From: Oculina patagonica
Lineage: Eukaryota
Reading direction: 5' to 3'
NCBI RefSeq assembly: GCF_052425735.1
Contig: NC_135764.1
Span: forward strand, 3,658,001-3,722,000
DNA length: 64,000 nt
Under the pieces are notes generated by a model. That model was not told the DNA's origin, searched no databases, and worked only from the letters and a program-made list of their open reading frames with translations. The translations under genes were made by a program, and so were the position numbers. Below, one piece after another: positions 23,834-35,800 of this stretch (its first letter is position 1; each line of letters opens with the position of its first letter).

Positions 23834-24623
23834 CAGGCCCGTAACCAGGATTTTTCACGGGTGGGTGCGTATGAGCGTCTGCGGCGCGAAAATGCAGGGG
23901 GGGGTATGGGGGCATCCTCCCCTGGGAAATTTTGAAAAAATAAGTTATCTGAGACAGCATTTCGTGCGTTTTGAAGACAGTTTGTAAGGAAACAAGGCAC
24001 TGGTAAAAGTGAAGGTAGCAACGATAATAATCTGGTACATTTTTTAAATTCAAAAACGTATTTTTTAGAAACAGAACCTTGTAAACGTAATTTACAATGA
24101 ATAGCTAACAATGTCGGCAGTACATAAAAAAAGGCAGAAAATAGATAGCTTTCATTATTTCAGTGTCAAATGGTAATTAAATAAATCAGCCTGAGTGTTG
24201 GTTTGTTGAAGCACCCAACCTTCTTGGGTGCTTCCAATCCCGACAAGTACCTAGTCTCCTTTTCTTTTTTCTAGCGCCTGGAAATATTAATGTAACTTCG
24301 AACGGTTCGACTATTAGAGACTATGAAGGACATTTGGTAGAATTTATAGTTGAAATTAACCTAGAATCACCAATTTTATACCTGCCAACTTTTTCTGGTA
24401 AGGGTAATTTTTTCTGGTAGGTGGGGGACAATTTGGTCAAAAATATAACACACGAATCTATCAATGGTGGACCTTCAACCCAAAGGACCATATTGAATGT
24501 ATGTTTGAACAGTACAGGAATACCATTCCCCTTTCCCTTTTTCACAATGAGCGGACTTCCAAGGCTCGTGGGGGGGGGGGGGGGTGCGGACGCACCCATC
24601 GCACCCCCCTCCCTACGGGCCTG
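23834..24623. mobile_element. Non-autonomous hAT-like element with 5-bp TSD
   Basis: TIR caggcccgta / tacgggcctg; AGATC immediately before and after. Confidence 0.8.
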
Positions 24624-25862
24624 AGATCTTTAAAATGAAAAAGAGAAAAAAAAAAAATTTGAAAAACCAATCAGATTTGAGAAATAGCAATTAAAGACCA
24701 CTTTGATATAGTAGAAAATTTTACAGTGTCTGAAAGAGGGATGGGAAATTTATACTGATAAAAAAAAAAATTGCAAAAGAAGTGGAAACACAACTACGTG
24801 TAAAAACCCAGCAAATTTCCATCGCTCGCATCTGATCAGGACTGTTGAATATTTTTTCCAAGTACATGTATCTTTAATTAAGCTCGCCGCAAAGACAATG
24901 ATTTCGACCTTATGTTGGTTCAGATCAGACACCGTTTTTCGCGCCATTTTACGCGCTCTTTTCAAATTGGCGCGAAAAAAGGAATTGTTCCGGCATATCT
25001 TGAAAGTCCGCTTATGCGGGTATTTTTAATTACAAAAAGACAACGGACTGCGTTTTTTGAAAAAAATAAATTCGGCGCGGAGAGCCAGTTTTCGGAGTTT
25101 TCATTTCGGTTTGGGAATTAAGCCTGTGTGATATGAGATTAAAAATCGAATCTTGCAGTTTCCCAAAGAAACGCACCCTCTGTAACATACAAAAGGTTAA
25201 TTATACACATCTCCTCGCTCCTTTGGAACAGTCTAGACTGAGTTCCTATCTTTATTGATCTGCTTCAAGTATAAAAATAAGTAACAAGATTTTGAGGAAG
25301 ATTGACAAAGAAAAGTCTGGAACTGAAAACTTGCCCAAGTTTCAAGCTAAAAGCAAATGTAGTAGTCGCGTGTATCGCACCGATTAACGGTGAGTTAGAA
25401 TGTTGCATTTTCAAAATTTAAAGTGCTTCCTGTAACACCGAATTGAATAGCAGATCAAGATAACAGCCGAAGCTGTAACTCACGTTCACCAAGAACGACG
25501 TTGCCCTTGATGTGACGCAAAACAACTTGAATGATAGTTAACGTTTGAACCGGCTTTCCAACTTCTGATCTGCTTCGTTTTTCGTCAACATTTCTTTTAC
25601 ACACAGAGCTAAACGTTAATGCAAAGTGGCATATTTTATGAAGGTAAGATCAATTAGCATCTTTTACCGTTTTGGGCTCGCTAATGTTATTGACTTTCCC
25701 TGTAGCAGCTGTTTTCTGTTTTGATAATTTTCGTAAGATCAGGGTATCACCATCGCAACACACTGACGTAAACGGATGTTTTCCACTTATTATTCGGATA
25801 CGATCACTAGTCATAAACAAGACAAACCCGGAGCTGTCTCTTATTAATTTAGAAAGATTGAA

Positions 25863-27198
25863 ATGGCGACGTTTGGAAAGGGCGCGATTTTTCTTATTCT
25901 GTTCCTTCTGTGGTGTGGGTACATTGTCATCGGGATCTTCGTCTTCACTGCTGCGGAAGGCAATGTGGAGAGACCGTACCACGAGCAGAAAGAACGCCAG
26001 AATATGTCAGAGGTGCAAGCTGCAACGATGCAGAAGCACAACATGACGGCTGCCGAGTTTGACGCACTCGCGAAAAAGATTCGTGAAACACCGCGCGAGG
26101 ATTATTACCACGAACGCCGATGGAATTACGCAGACTCGTTTTGGTTTGTGGTCGTTTTGCTTACGACTATTGGTGAGAACGGGGAAACATTGTTGAATTC
26201 AGTAGTTGAAGACCGTTTAACCTAATGAAAATTCAAGGTGTTGGCTTTGTTTTGATTTAATTTGACATGCATCAAAACAAGATTATAATAATTGCCATGA
26301 TTGAAGATAAGTATCTACTTGAAAATATGATTCATTTGTTTTGTGTATTTTATTTCGTTGCAAGGTTAGAATTCGCGATAATCTTGTAAAATGCTCCCGG
26401 CAAAATTTTTTTCGCGGGAAATTTATTTCACGAGTTGCGATGAGTCATGCAAGTTATATTGATATTAAAATTATTTTGTTTTGAGAATAAATTTTCTCAG
26501 GACTCGCCCAATCAGAACGAAAATAAATCTCAAACTCACTAAAAGGAAAATGCATTAGGGACCAAGATGCTAAGAGCAAGATCACATTTTTAGATAAAGA
26601 GCATCTATTAACTAGAAAAAGCAACATTTCGACTCTTTACGTTCTTCAAAGACCTCAAATTGCGTTTTTTTATGTCCAAATAGGATATGGAGATTTGATA
26701 CCCGTTACTTTTCTCGGCAAGGCCCTATGCGTGGTGTACGCCATCTTTGGCATCCCGATAACTATCTTACTGCTCAGATTCATTGGCCAGCAAATGCTGC
26801 GAGGCGAGAGGTCGCTCATCAGGGCCATCGAGAGGCGCTGTCTGGGAAGAAATGGACCGCCATGCTGCTTGAACGAGAAATGCTTCCTTATTGGCTTTGT
26901 GTACTTGCTGTCGCTGTTAGTGATCGGCGCTGCTGCGCAGATGACGGCTGAGGGCTGGAGTTATGGAGAAAGCTTTTATTTTTACGTCGTTACCTTCACG
27001 ACGGTCGGCTTTGGAGATTTGTATCCCCAGAAAGCGAAGTACATCGCCATCCCGTTCATATTTCTGGGGCTCACCGCCATCTCAAACATTCTGCACGCGG
27101 CAGCCGCAGTGGCGCTGATCAGACGTGTGACCGCGGGCTCACAGGACAACGACGAAACTGAAGAAACTGAGAAGCTGGAGAAAATTGCTGATGTTTGA
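25863..27198 (+). CDS. Two-pore-domain (K2P/KCNK) potassium channel, 274 aa; exons 25863-26172 and 26684-27198
   Basis: 4TM/2P topology; P1 LTTI-G|YGD is interrupted by the conserved phase-1 intron, P2 is FTTVGFGD; YAIFGIP motif in M2. Confidence 0.92.
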
Positions 27199-27389
27199 AC
27201 AAATGTAGGAAACGTTTAGCAAAACTGTGGTGAGCGGATAAAGCCATGACACAATGAATGTAAACATCTACATAGAAAAAGTTAAAAGCGTAGGAAATAA
27301 GAACAAAACTACATTATATTTGCCTTGAGGCCTTGAGGCTCTATGACTTATAGCTTGTAATTTTATCAAAATATGCCGACTAAACTAAA

Positions 27390-28007
27390 AGACTGATTTC
27401 CACTAGCGGCCAGAGTCGCAGTCGGAGTAGTAAGAGTGCTTTAGCTTACGAATCATAAGCTCGACGGAATCGGAGTCGGAACAATCAGAACGTTTCTCTT
27501 CCGATCACCGCTTATGACTCAAGTTGCTTATGATTCAGTGAAACTAGATCAGTCGGAGGAACAAGTGCCAGATGACGGCGACATCACTTCTTCGAGAAGT
27601 GACTGAGCCCGCGGTTTTCTTCCCAGAAGTTGCTAAGCAACATGACGTATTTATACGCGTAACGGCTTTCGAAGTACTCTTGAGCACTAACGCTAGTTTT
27701 TGATTGGATGAAATTATTCGGAAATATTCGAGTACTTCAACGAAGATTTGCCACAACTGGCACTTATTCCCACAACTGAGATTGTTGGAGTCGCAAAGCA
27801 GGAGTGGAAGAACAAACCAATCACAATGCTAGTTCTCAGGCCCTCCGAATATTTCCTTTCTGCTTGCGACTCCGACAGCTTAGTTTTCACTGGATCATAG
27901 GCGACAGAGTCATAAGCGGAATTGGAAAGTCTGCTTACGACTCTGTTGGTTTGATTTTCACTAGATCGTAAAGCACTGCGCTTTACCTCGCTTTTGAAAA
28001 CCAGCCT
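27390..28007. mobile_element. PIF/Harbinger-like non-autonomous element with GAGTCG internal repeats
   Basis: Ends gactgatttccactag / tgaaaaccagcc; internal ggagtcg, gcttatgactc and tcataagc inverted motifs. Superfamily is inferred. Confidence 0.55.
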
Positions 28008-28010
28008 GAA

Positions 28011-28677
28011 AGGAGCTACGTTACGGACAACACATTTTGAAAAAATTGGCAAAGTTTTTTAAATTTTTCGTTCGAAATTTGTCTAAATCTTTATCAGTCG
28101 GAACCATTCTTGGTATTTTCGCCTTTTTATTACTCCTTTGTTGTTTTTCTACGTTAGAAAACTATTATTTTCAGGTGTCCTTCAATTTGAAAGGAATCAG
28201 AAAATGACTTAAGGTAATTCCCTAGAAATAGAACTGCTCATAGATTTCCAACCAAACGTTGCCAGTTGGTTGTTTACCTTCAGGGAAGTTAAATTTTAAA
28301 ATAAAAAAGGGGGGTCACCGTATTCGTTTATGAGCAGGAAGACCTTGTATTTACCATATAATTCCTTATATTTCCTTTGCGAGTACTGGCAAAGTACACG
28401 TTTTCGGTGATAATGTATTATTCTGCCATAGAAAGTGATCTGTATTCATTTTATAGAAATAATTTGATCGCTACTTTCGAACTAAGAGAAAAAAATGATA
28501 GGTCACCGAACTCGTTAACGAGTAAACGATGATTTCTATCTCTCACGAGCCAAGTCGCATAGAAAAAAGCCGCCATTTTGTTTATGTGCGCGCGCTAATT
28601 ACGCGTAAAATTCTGCGCAGTAAGGATGCGCAATGCAATACCAGGGAATCACCTTAATTTACCGTGACATTGCTCCT
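28011..28677. mobile_element. Kolobok-like MITE (outer), interrupted by a second element
   Basis: TIR aggagctacgttacgg / ccgtgacattgctcct; flanks tgaa / ttaa. Confidence 0.6.
28213..28653. mobile_element. Kolobok-like MITE (inner) with TTAA TSD
   Basis: ttaa|ggtaattccctag ... ccagggaatcacc|ttaa. Confidence 0.75.
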
Positions 28678-29608
28678 TTAAAAGCTTTCGCGAGTTAAAC
28701 AGGTCACGTGTATTTAGGACGAGAACTATTATTATATACAGCATATATTTGGATATACTATAACATACTTCATACTATAGCATAAGTGGCAGCTGACAAT
28801 TGTTATTTGGTTGGTATATATCTGTCTTGATTAAATAAAATATACCTAGAGAATTTGAGTTGCCATTACATTTCTGGTGATTGCGGTGGAGTGGTAGAGC
28901 GGGGGTAGGGAAGGGGGTGGGTGAATCACGTCCGTTATAAAATGATTCAGCTATTTGAGCGTTTTATTATTGTTTACAGAGATATAAAACACATGCCTTA
29001 CAGATCACAGGTTTGATTTTGTAGAAAAGTGCCCGAAACAAATAACAGGAACCCACCAGGTAGTGCGAATGAGGAACGCGAAGCGAGATTGGAAATGGAT
29101 TCAACTCATGGCAGATAAACTTCAGAACGGGATTCTAAATTTTCAAGTTTGGTTTGGAATTCCTTGAAAGTTTGCGAAAATCTTATTGTTACGTCACTGA
29201 TTTCTTTTTCTATGGTTCCTAAATTTTTTCTCTTCCACACTGGTCTCAAACACGTACCCGTCCCTTTGCTATCATCGCCCAAGGAGGAAATTTTCAGATA
29301 TATTTAAGAAACCAGTTCATGCTCAGTTTTTGTCTATTGAGTTATGGAGACCACGCGGAAGTTTGAAGAACACGAGAAATCCGTTAGCGTTGCTCGAGGA
29401 ATAGCCGTATTCATTGTTCAAAGAAAAAAAACGTAAAAAATAGAATGGCTTTTGGAAATAAAAACTAAAATACACCTTCCGTTCGATGGTTTTACAAATA
29501 AAACGGCACGCAATACATGCAGAAACGATGACGTTTTACACGAGAAAATTTGTCAAAGCATTAAGCTAACGGTTCACTTGGCCCCCATTCCCTAATTAAT
29601 AATAAAAT

Positions 29609-29611
<3 letters not shown>

Positions 29612-29689
<78 letters not shown>
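29612..29689. repeat. (AT)n microsatellite
   Basis: Perfect dinucleotide run of about 78 bp. Confidence 0.97.
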
Positions 29690-29696
<7 letters not shown>

Positions 29697-30125
29697 AAAA
29701 AAAATTTGTAAAATGAAAGCAGCTGACAACTAAATGTGTATGTTATGTTATTGTTTTCCAATGAGGAGTGAGGGAGACTTGGCGTAATTAACAATATTGG
29801 GGGTATTAGAGAGTGGCAATAATAAGTGGGAGACAGTGGGAATTAAGCATGGGAGTGGTGGGGGTAAGAAAAACATTAACAGCTAAAATTTTCTGACACA
29901 AAGAAGCAATGTTAGTGATTGCGCAAATATAGAATTGTGAGGCCGTGGAGATCTGTTGAAATTCAAATTAATGCGATACAGTAGTGTAATCTCTAAGATA
30001 ATACATGATTGCGTGACGAACCCAAGCAACGGCTGCGAACTGAAACTATTAAACAAGAAGGCAGCCATCGTGAATTTGAACACAAAGAACTTACTATAGG
30101 TGTAGGAGCTTTGGTTTATCAAAAG

Positions 30126-30944
30126 ATGGCAAATTTGTTAAGCGATAACGCAGCACAAGGATACAGAGAAATCTCGCTTTCCGTGCAAAAGGTGGAAGGG
30201 GAAATGTTTGTTCAAACAGATATTTGTCCTCAAGCAGGAGACGCCATCTTGGATTTAGGTTGCGGTACAGGAGAGCTGTCTGCATATCTGGCTGAGCTTG
30301 TAGGACCCGAAGGAAAGGTTGTGGGTGTTGATCCTGACAAGGAACGAATTCTACTGGCTAGGCAAGCTCATGGTGAAATCAAGAATCTCTCATTTGTAGA
30401 AGGAAGCGCTTCAAACTTCCCAGGGATCGGCTCCGAGTCATACGATATTATATTCAGTAATCATGTCATTCACTGGATCCCTGACAAACAAGAAGTCTTC
30501 AAGAATATGTTTGGAAGTCTTAAAAGAGGTGGGAAAATAGCCGTTCAGTATGTGGATCATTCTTTCCCGTTTGAAGTACGCGCTTTCGAGAGTTTCAATC
30601 CTGAGAACTTACAACGCTTTCTTGACATGGTACATGAGGAAGAAAGGGCCAAGGTTGAGCAATACTGTACCTCTGCAGGATTTGACATCCTTAAGAGTTA
30701 TGACGTGTCCAGCACGCAAATGGTTTTCGAAAGCATCGAGTGTCTTATGAAATATCTTTGGTCGATTACACACGGTGTTTTTGATCTTAAGCTGGTAACG
30801 GAAAAGCGTTTGCAGAGTTATAGCTACCTTGATCCGTACTCAAGCCGAGATAGCAACCCTCGTTTCGACTTCAGAGGAATCGAAGAGGAATCGGGAATGT
30901 GTCGATTGATAGCTGTAAAGCAAGGAAAGAATGCTAGCCCATAA
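30126..30944 (+). CDS. Class I SAM-dependent small-molecule methyltransferase (UbiE/Tam/JHAMT-like fold), single exon, ~272 aa
   Basis: Motif I ILDLGCGTG, acidic motif VVGVD, YDIIFSNHVIHWI, LKRGG; first ATG in good context (aagATGg) at 30126. Confidence 0.88.
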   Translation: MANLLSDNAAQGYREISLSVQKVEGEMFVQTDICPQAGDAILDLGCGTGELSAYLAELVGPEGKVVGVDPDKERILLARQAHGEIKNLSFVEGSASNFPGIGSESYDIIFSNHVIHWIPDKQEVFKNMFGSLKRGGKIAVQYVDHSFPFEVRAFESFNPENLQRFLDMVHEEERAKVEQYCTSAGFDILKSYDVSSTQMVFESIECLMKYLWSITHGVFDLKLVTEKRLQSYSYLDPYSSRDSNPRFDFRGIEEESGMCRLIAVKQGKNASP

Positions 30945-31189
30945 ATATATTCAGACTTCATCTTCTCACAATATCGATCAATAGATACTTATCTTGACAG
31001 TTATTATAAGTGAGGTTCAAAGTTCTATTATTATGCAAAACTTTCAGACACGAAAATTCCCTCTCGGTATAGGCCTTTTCAACTTTTAGACAATTTAAAC
31101 TACTATTACCACTTTTCTTAATTGTTTTTTTTTTAATCTCAGATACAAAAACTATTATTATTACTATGTATTATTCAGTGTATTATATA

Positions 31190-32282
31190 CTACTTATTAA
31201 CCGAGAGTGAGGTCATACAGGGGAATCCAGACCGAGGCGTGATGTATTGACCGAGCGACAGCGAGGTTCATCAGGTCGAGGGAGATCCCTGAATGGCCGC
31301 GACAGGTTAATAAGTTATTTATTATATGGCCTAAGCACTACAAAAAAAGAGTATAATCAAGGGAAAAACACTGAGACTCGCCCTGCTCCTTCGTCGCTCA
31401 TATAAGTTCGGTATGCTTTTTTCTTCAGTATTGAAAAGATAGTTATTTTTTCGGCATTTTGTTTTGCCCCCTCGCTAGTAGCTTTTACCACCTCAAAAAT
31501 AGGGCCCAATCCATGTTTTTGCTGCAGAGCAAGTCAGGGAATAGAAAGAAATAGTGAGATGAAATCCAACGTCATTGTCTGTCACTTGTGGCAGGATGCA
31601 TGTAGTCATTTTCCCAACTGACAAGATAAATCGCACGCGCACCGGCGACAACAACAGAAAGACGGCGTTGAACGACGCAAAGTCATGAAAGCGAAAGTAC
31701 AAATTATCACGTCAGTCATCCCTCACGCAGAAACCACCCAAGACGGAGACGAAGACATGCGAAGAAATGAATGAGGAAGAGGAAGGACCGCTGACACACA
31801 CTCCACAAAATAAAGTGGCGCCAGCGCGCGCAGTCAAAAATCACAACTTCCCCCAGCTATTTAGCGGGGCAAAGTACCACCTGTCAGTCGTAGAAAAGGA
31901 TAAGGAGAACTAAAATGAAGACCGAAATACTAGTACAACTGTCGCCAACGAATGACGAAGTTGACTAGAAAGTAAGAGAATTTTTTCGACGGATCCAGTA
32001 TTCATTAGCGCGAAAGTGGGTGCAGCGAGAAAAAAAGAAAGAAGAAGAAGGAACGCGAGCGTCTTGCTGAATAAAGGCGCAGTTCGGGTAGTCCCCGCAG
32101 CGCCGATTTTTGTTCATGGATATAACGGGACCTCGGCACACACCGCGCACACCAGCAAGGCTTGCAGCCAGGGCGAGAAAACACAAAAAGCGAGGAGAAA
32201 AGTCATAGCCCGGCATACAAGAAAATATAAGCCCGCTCAGCAGCCAATCAGAGCGCGCGTACTATTGTAGACATATAATAAT
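31190..32282. repeat. Interspersed repeat / probable non-autonomous transposon
   Basis: CpG-rich block bounded by tacttattaaccgagagtgaggtc... and ...cagccaatcagagcgcgcgtactattg...atataataa, resembling repeats recalled from coral genomes; no credible ORF. Confidence 0.45.
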
Positions 32283-32483
32283 GCAGAATTATCACACACA
32301 CAGATCACACTTAAGCATATAAACATCGCATTAATGGTTATATGATTATATGCAGATTATATTGGTTATACTACACGCCACATTTATCAACGCATTAAAG
32401 AGCATAGAGCCTCTTTAACTGGAAAGCACAAAAAAGAAGTCGAAAGTGGAGCGGTTTCAGAGCCACCTTAAATTTTCGTAAAC

Positions 32484-32808
32484 TTAAGGTGGCGACGAAA
32501 CAACTACAGGAATTTTTTTTTAACTTTGCAAGAAGTTGTATTTTATCTTGCTGATCATTATTCAATAATAAAAAATGGGGGTCACTGAACTCGTTTTTGA
32601 GTTATAAGCACTTAAAGCTAAAATTAAGGGTGTTGTTAACCGGTTATACCGTTGCTATGGTTACTAGTGACGTCAAGAAAACAATCACAATTTGTTTGCC
32701 AATGACTGGGCATTTGTTTGAAACCATTTTTGTAGCTGTAACTGATAAATGTTTGTAGCACTGACCCATCAAGGTATATAAGAGCTGGAAAGTACTGAAA
32801 ACTATCAA
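32484..32808. mobile_element. Truncated Kolobok-like element
   Basis: Starts ttaa|ggtggc; shares the aaaaatgggggtcac.gaactcgtt motif with the 28213 element; an inverted end (gagccacc|ttaa) lies immediately upstream. Confidence 0.5.
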
Positions 32809-35800
32809 CAATTGAATGGGAAATGCCAGTTTATTATATTAAATTATTATTGCTGCGATGAAATGAAATTGTTCTCACTTATTTCATCGTGGACTTGGAT
32901 TTATTTTGGCTTTGGTAGTTAAAGATCAACATGGTGATATCCTCTTGCTCGCCGATATACGATGTTTCTGACAGTTATGAATTCAAAACAGTCTGATTTA
33001 ATCGGAAAGCATCTGGATTCTGCCGTGAAATTTCCGTTCGTATAGTTAAAAGTCAAAATTAAAACAAGACTGGCGAACATTAAATTTGTTCTCATTAGTT
33101 TTGTCAAATTTGTTATCGTTAAGTTTGTTTTTATTCAGCTTTTAACGTCACAATGAGAATTATTGGATCTACTAAAGAGTTGTTTTTCATAAAAACTGTT
33201 TTCAAATGGTTTTAATGAATCCATATATTTGTGGTTTCATTGATTCTTAACTCGTTCTTCCCAAGTGAAGATAATGCACAAGGCAGCTGGAAATTGCAGT
33301 AAAAGCTCTCGCATTATCAGTAAAATAGCGAGGCGTGTGCATGTACATGTGATTGGTTAATACTGACGAATAATACACCATTAACATAAAACCCAGGGCA
33401 CAAACACAGCGAGGGTACTTGTTACAGATTGTTGCAAGATTGTGTGTATTTGCGCGACGAATGGTGTTACCAAAAGCTCTGGGGTGAGTGACTACATTTA
33501 TTCTTTTGTATCTCTTTATTTCATCGGTGATCGCATGCGAATTTGTTTTTCATTTCTTAAAGAGATGTACTTGTGTTCTTGTGTTATGGTTTTGTGTTTT
33601 TGTGTTCTTTGCTTAATAGCGTAAGCTGAACTTTACCTAGCGACATATATCACGGTTTAACCTGTGGGTGATCTTTAATAATTTCTCGACGATCCTTGAA
33701 TACCAAAATGTGTAGATCAAGAATTTGTGTTGTTGTGAAATCTAGGTTTCACTGACGCGAAGGTAGCAAAAAACAGTCCACCCTCTCTGTGAAACTAAAC
33801 GAATTATCGAATGGTGTTTAAAATACAATTCGACCAAGCTTCTGATCATAAGCTTTAAAATTTCTTTCGTAGTGGAATTACGAGGATTTTTTTCGAGTTA
33901 GTCATAATGTTTAGCAATATGGATAATAAAACAGCAAAAGAAACCCCTTAATAACTATTTCTGTATCTTGCAGAAAATTCAAAAAATTGATGGAGATTGT
34001 TGTTACTTTGCACGATTAAGAAACATTGTTTTGGTAAACGAATTATTTCTTTCCTTTCTTCCCGGAAGACTTTCTGAGACTATCTTATCTCCAATCTAAC
34101 GAATCTTCACTAATATTGTATGCGAATATCACAAAGAATCGTTTCAGCCACCCCGCAGACAAATTAATGATAATGCTTCAACACCTTATTCGTTTATCGT
34201 CCCCGTTGCGGCAGATAAACTGCTTTAGGCTGAAAGCAAGAAGAAGATCAGATATTATAATACTTACTTATTAAATTATACGGAGAAGAAAAAGTCAAGT
34301 CTTCGCCCTTTAATTCCGAAAGAAAATCACATCTAAACAAGATTTTTTTGAGATACCGCCGAATTCGGAACAAATATTATTATAAAAGGTAATTATGGCA
34401 TCTTTTGGGAGGAAAAATAATTTGAGGTTGGTCTCAAAAGAATAATTCATTGCCTTTTAATTATGCTGAATTCTACAACATTCTGGAAAAAAATAACAAG
34501 CAATTCACATCTTCCTTCGGTCTCTTTTGTTAGATTAAGACTACTTAAATGTTTTTTTTTATTTTTTATTTTTGATAATTTGAAACAAGAAGAGGTTAGG
34601 GGAAGAAATTTTTAACCAAATGTTGACAAAAAAATTATGTGAACAAGATGGGCGATTTTGTAGTAATTGAAGTCCATTTTATTTTAACCCATCCTTAGCA
34701 TAAAGAAAGACTAATGGGAATTCCATATCACTCTGAAAATCGCAATTTTTATCTTATCGAATTGTTTTTAAACCCTGATATGTAACTTGCACAAGAACGA
34801 AAAAAAATTAAACACTTATATACATATACCTCGTTGGTGACAATAGCCTGATAAGATTCGCACCAAGCTGAAATTTTAGAAACTACGGAATATAAATGAA
34901 CTGAACATGTAGAGTTACTGGACCGATATCATTAAAAATTAAAAGCTGGTTAGCTCTGTTATAAATTTTTAATCAACGAATTACTCAGGGTTACCAGTCC
35001 ACAAAAATAACCACAAGGCGGTAAATCCAGACGGGGGGCTCTTATGTGAAAGGGACGGGTATGCTTGTCGGAAAATGTGAATTAAACTATTAACGGAGAC
35101 CAATCTGGGCGTAGCTCAAGTATTTTTTGAGCCCTAAAAGGTACCATTTTTTATGTTTGATAGGTTTAGACCTCCAACACAGCATGAAGGCGTTTTTCAA
35201 TCCTTCACGTGCAACCCTCGACGGCCAGAAATATTGTGCTTTCTGTTCCAAACACCCTAAGGGTGACCAAAGTCTGTAATTTACACCGCTAAGCGAGACG
35301 ATAAGCATCACCGTCCCGTTTATATGGAGTTCCCCCTCCCCCCCGTGGGCTGTTAATACGATGGACAAAATTTACAGGCAAACGATATGTGTGGAAATGC
35401 AAAGAAACATTTGGTAAAAAAGTTTATATGGTATTTTCTGTTACGCCAAAGTCAGCCTTTGACGAATATTACTTTGAACTGGTGTTATTCATAAGAAAGT
35501 TCATTTTTAAAAAATATTAATCATAACCGCCATTCCACGAACTGTTAAAAGGGTTCTAGGCAAAACTACAGGCATCTATTTTCCCATTTTAGTTAGACAA
35601 GGAAATCATTTATTTTTAAAATGGCGTCTCGGCAGCCAGGCCTGTGGGATGGTTGTCATGACTTTTTTTTTCTTCGTTAGAACAGTTTTAAAGTGATTCT
35701 CGTGAAGTTCTTAAAAGGCCCGAAATCAATGTAATAATTTCTGGCCAACCACAACGCGGGGAAATGACGCGATGAGCCAATCAAACTACTGGAATCAAAA

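Noticed and set aside
23737-24624. Several 67-124 aa ORFs
   Set aside because: They lie within a non-autonomous TIR element and show no transposase motifs.
24930-25125. Cluster of E2F-like TTTTCGCGCC / GGCGCGAAAA motifs upstream of the first K2P gene
   Set aside because: Arranged as an inverted pair inside repeat-like sequence far from the ATG; more likely a transposon remnant.
30009-30125. Upstream extension of the methyltransferase ORF
   Set aside because: It starts at a non-ATG codon; the first ATG in good context is 30126.
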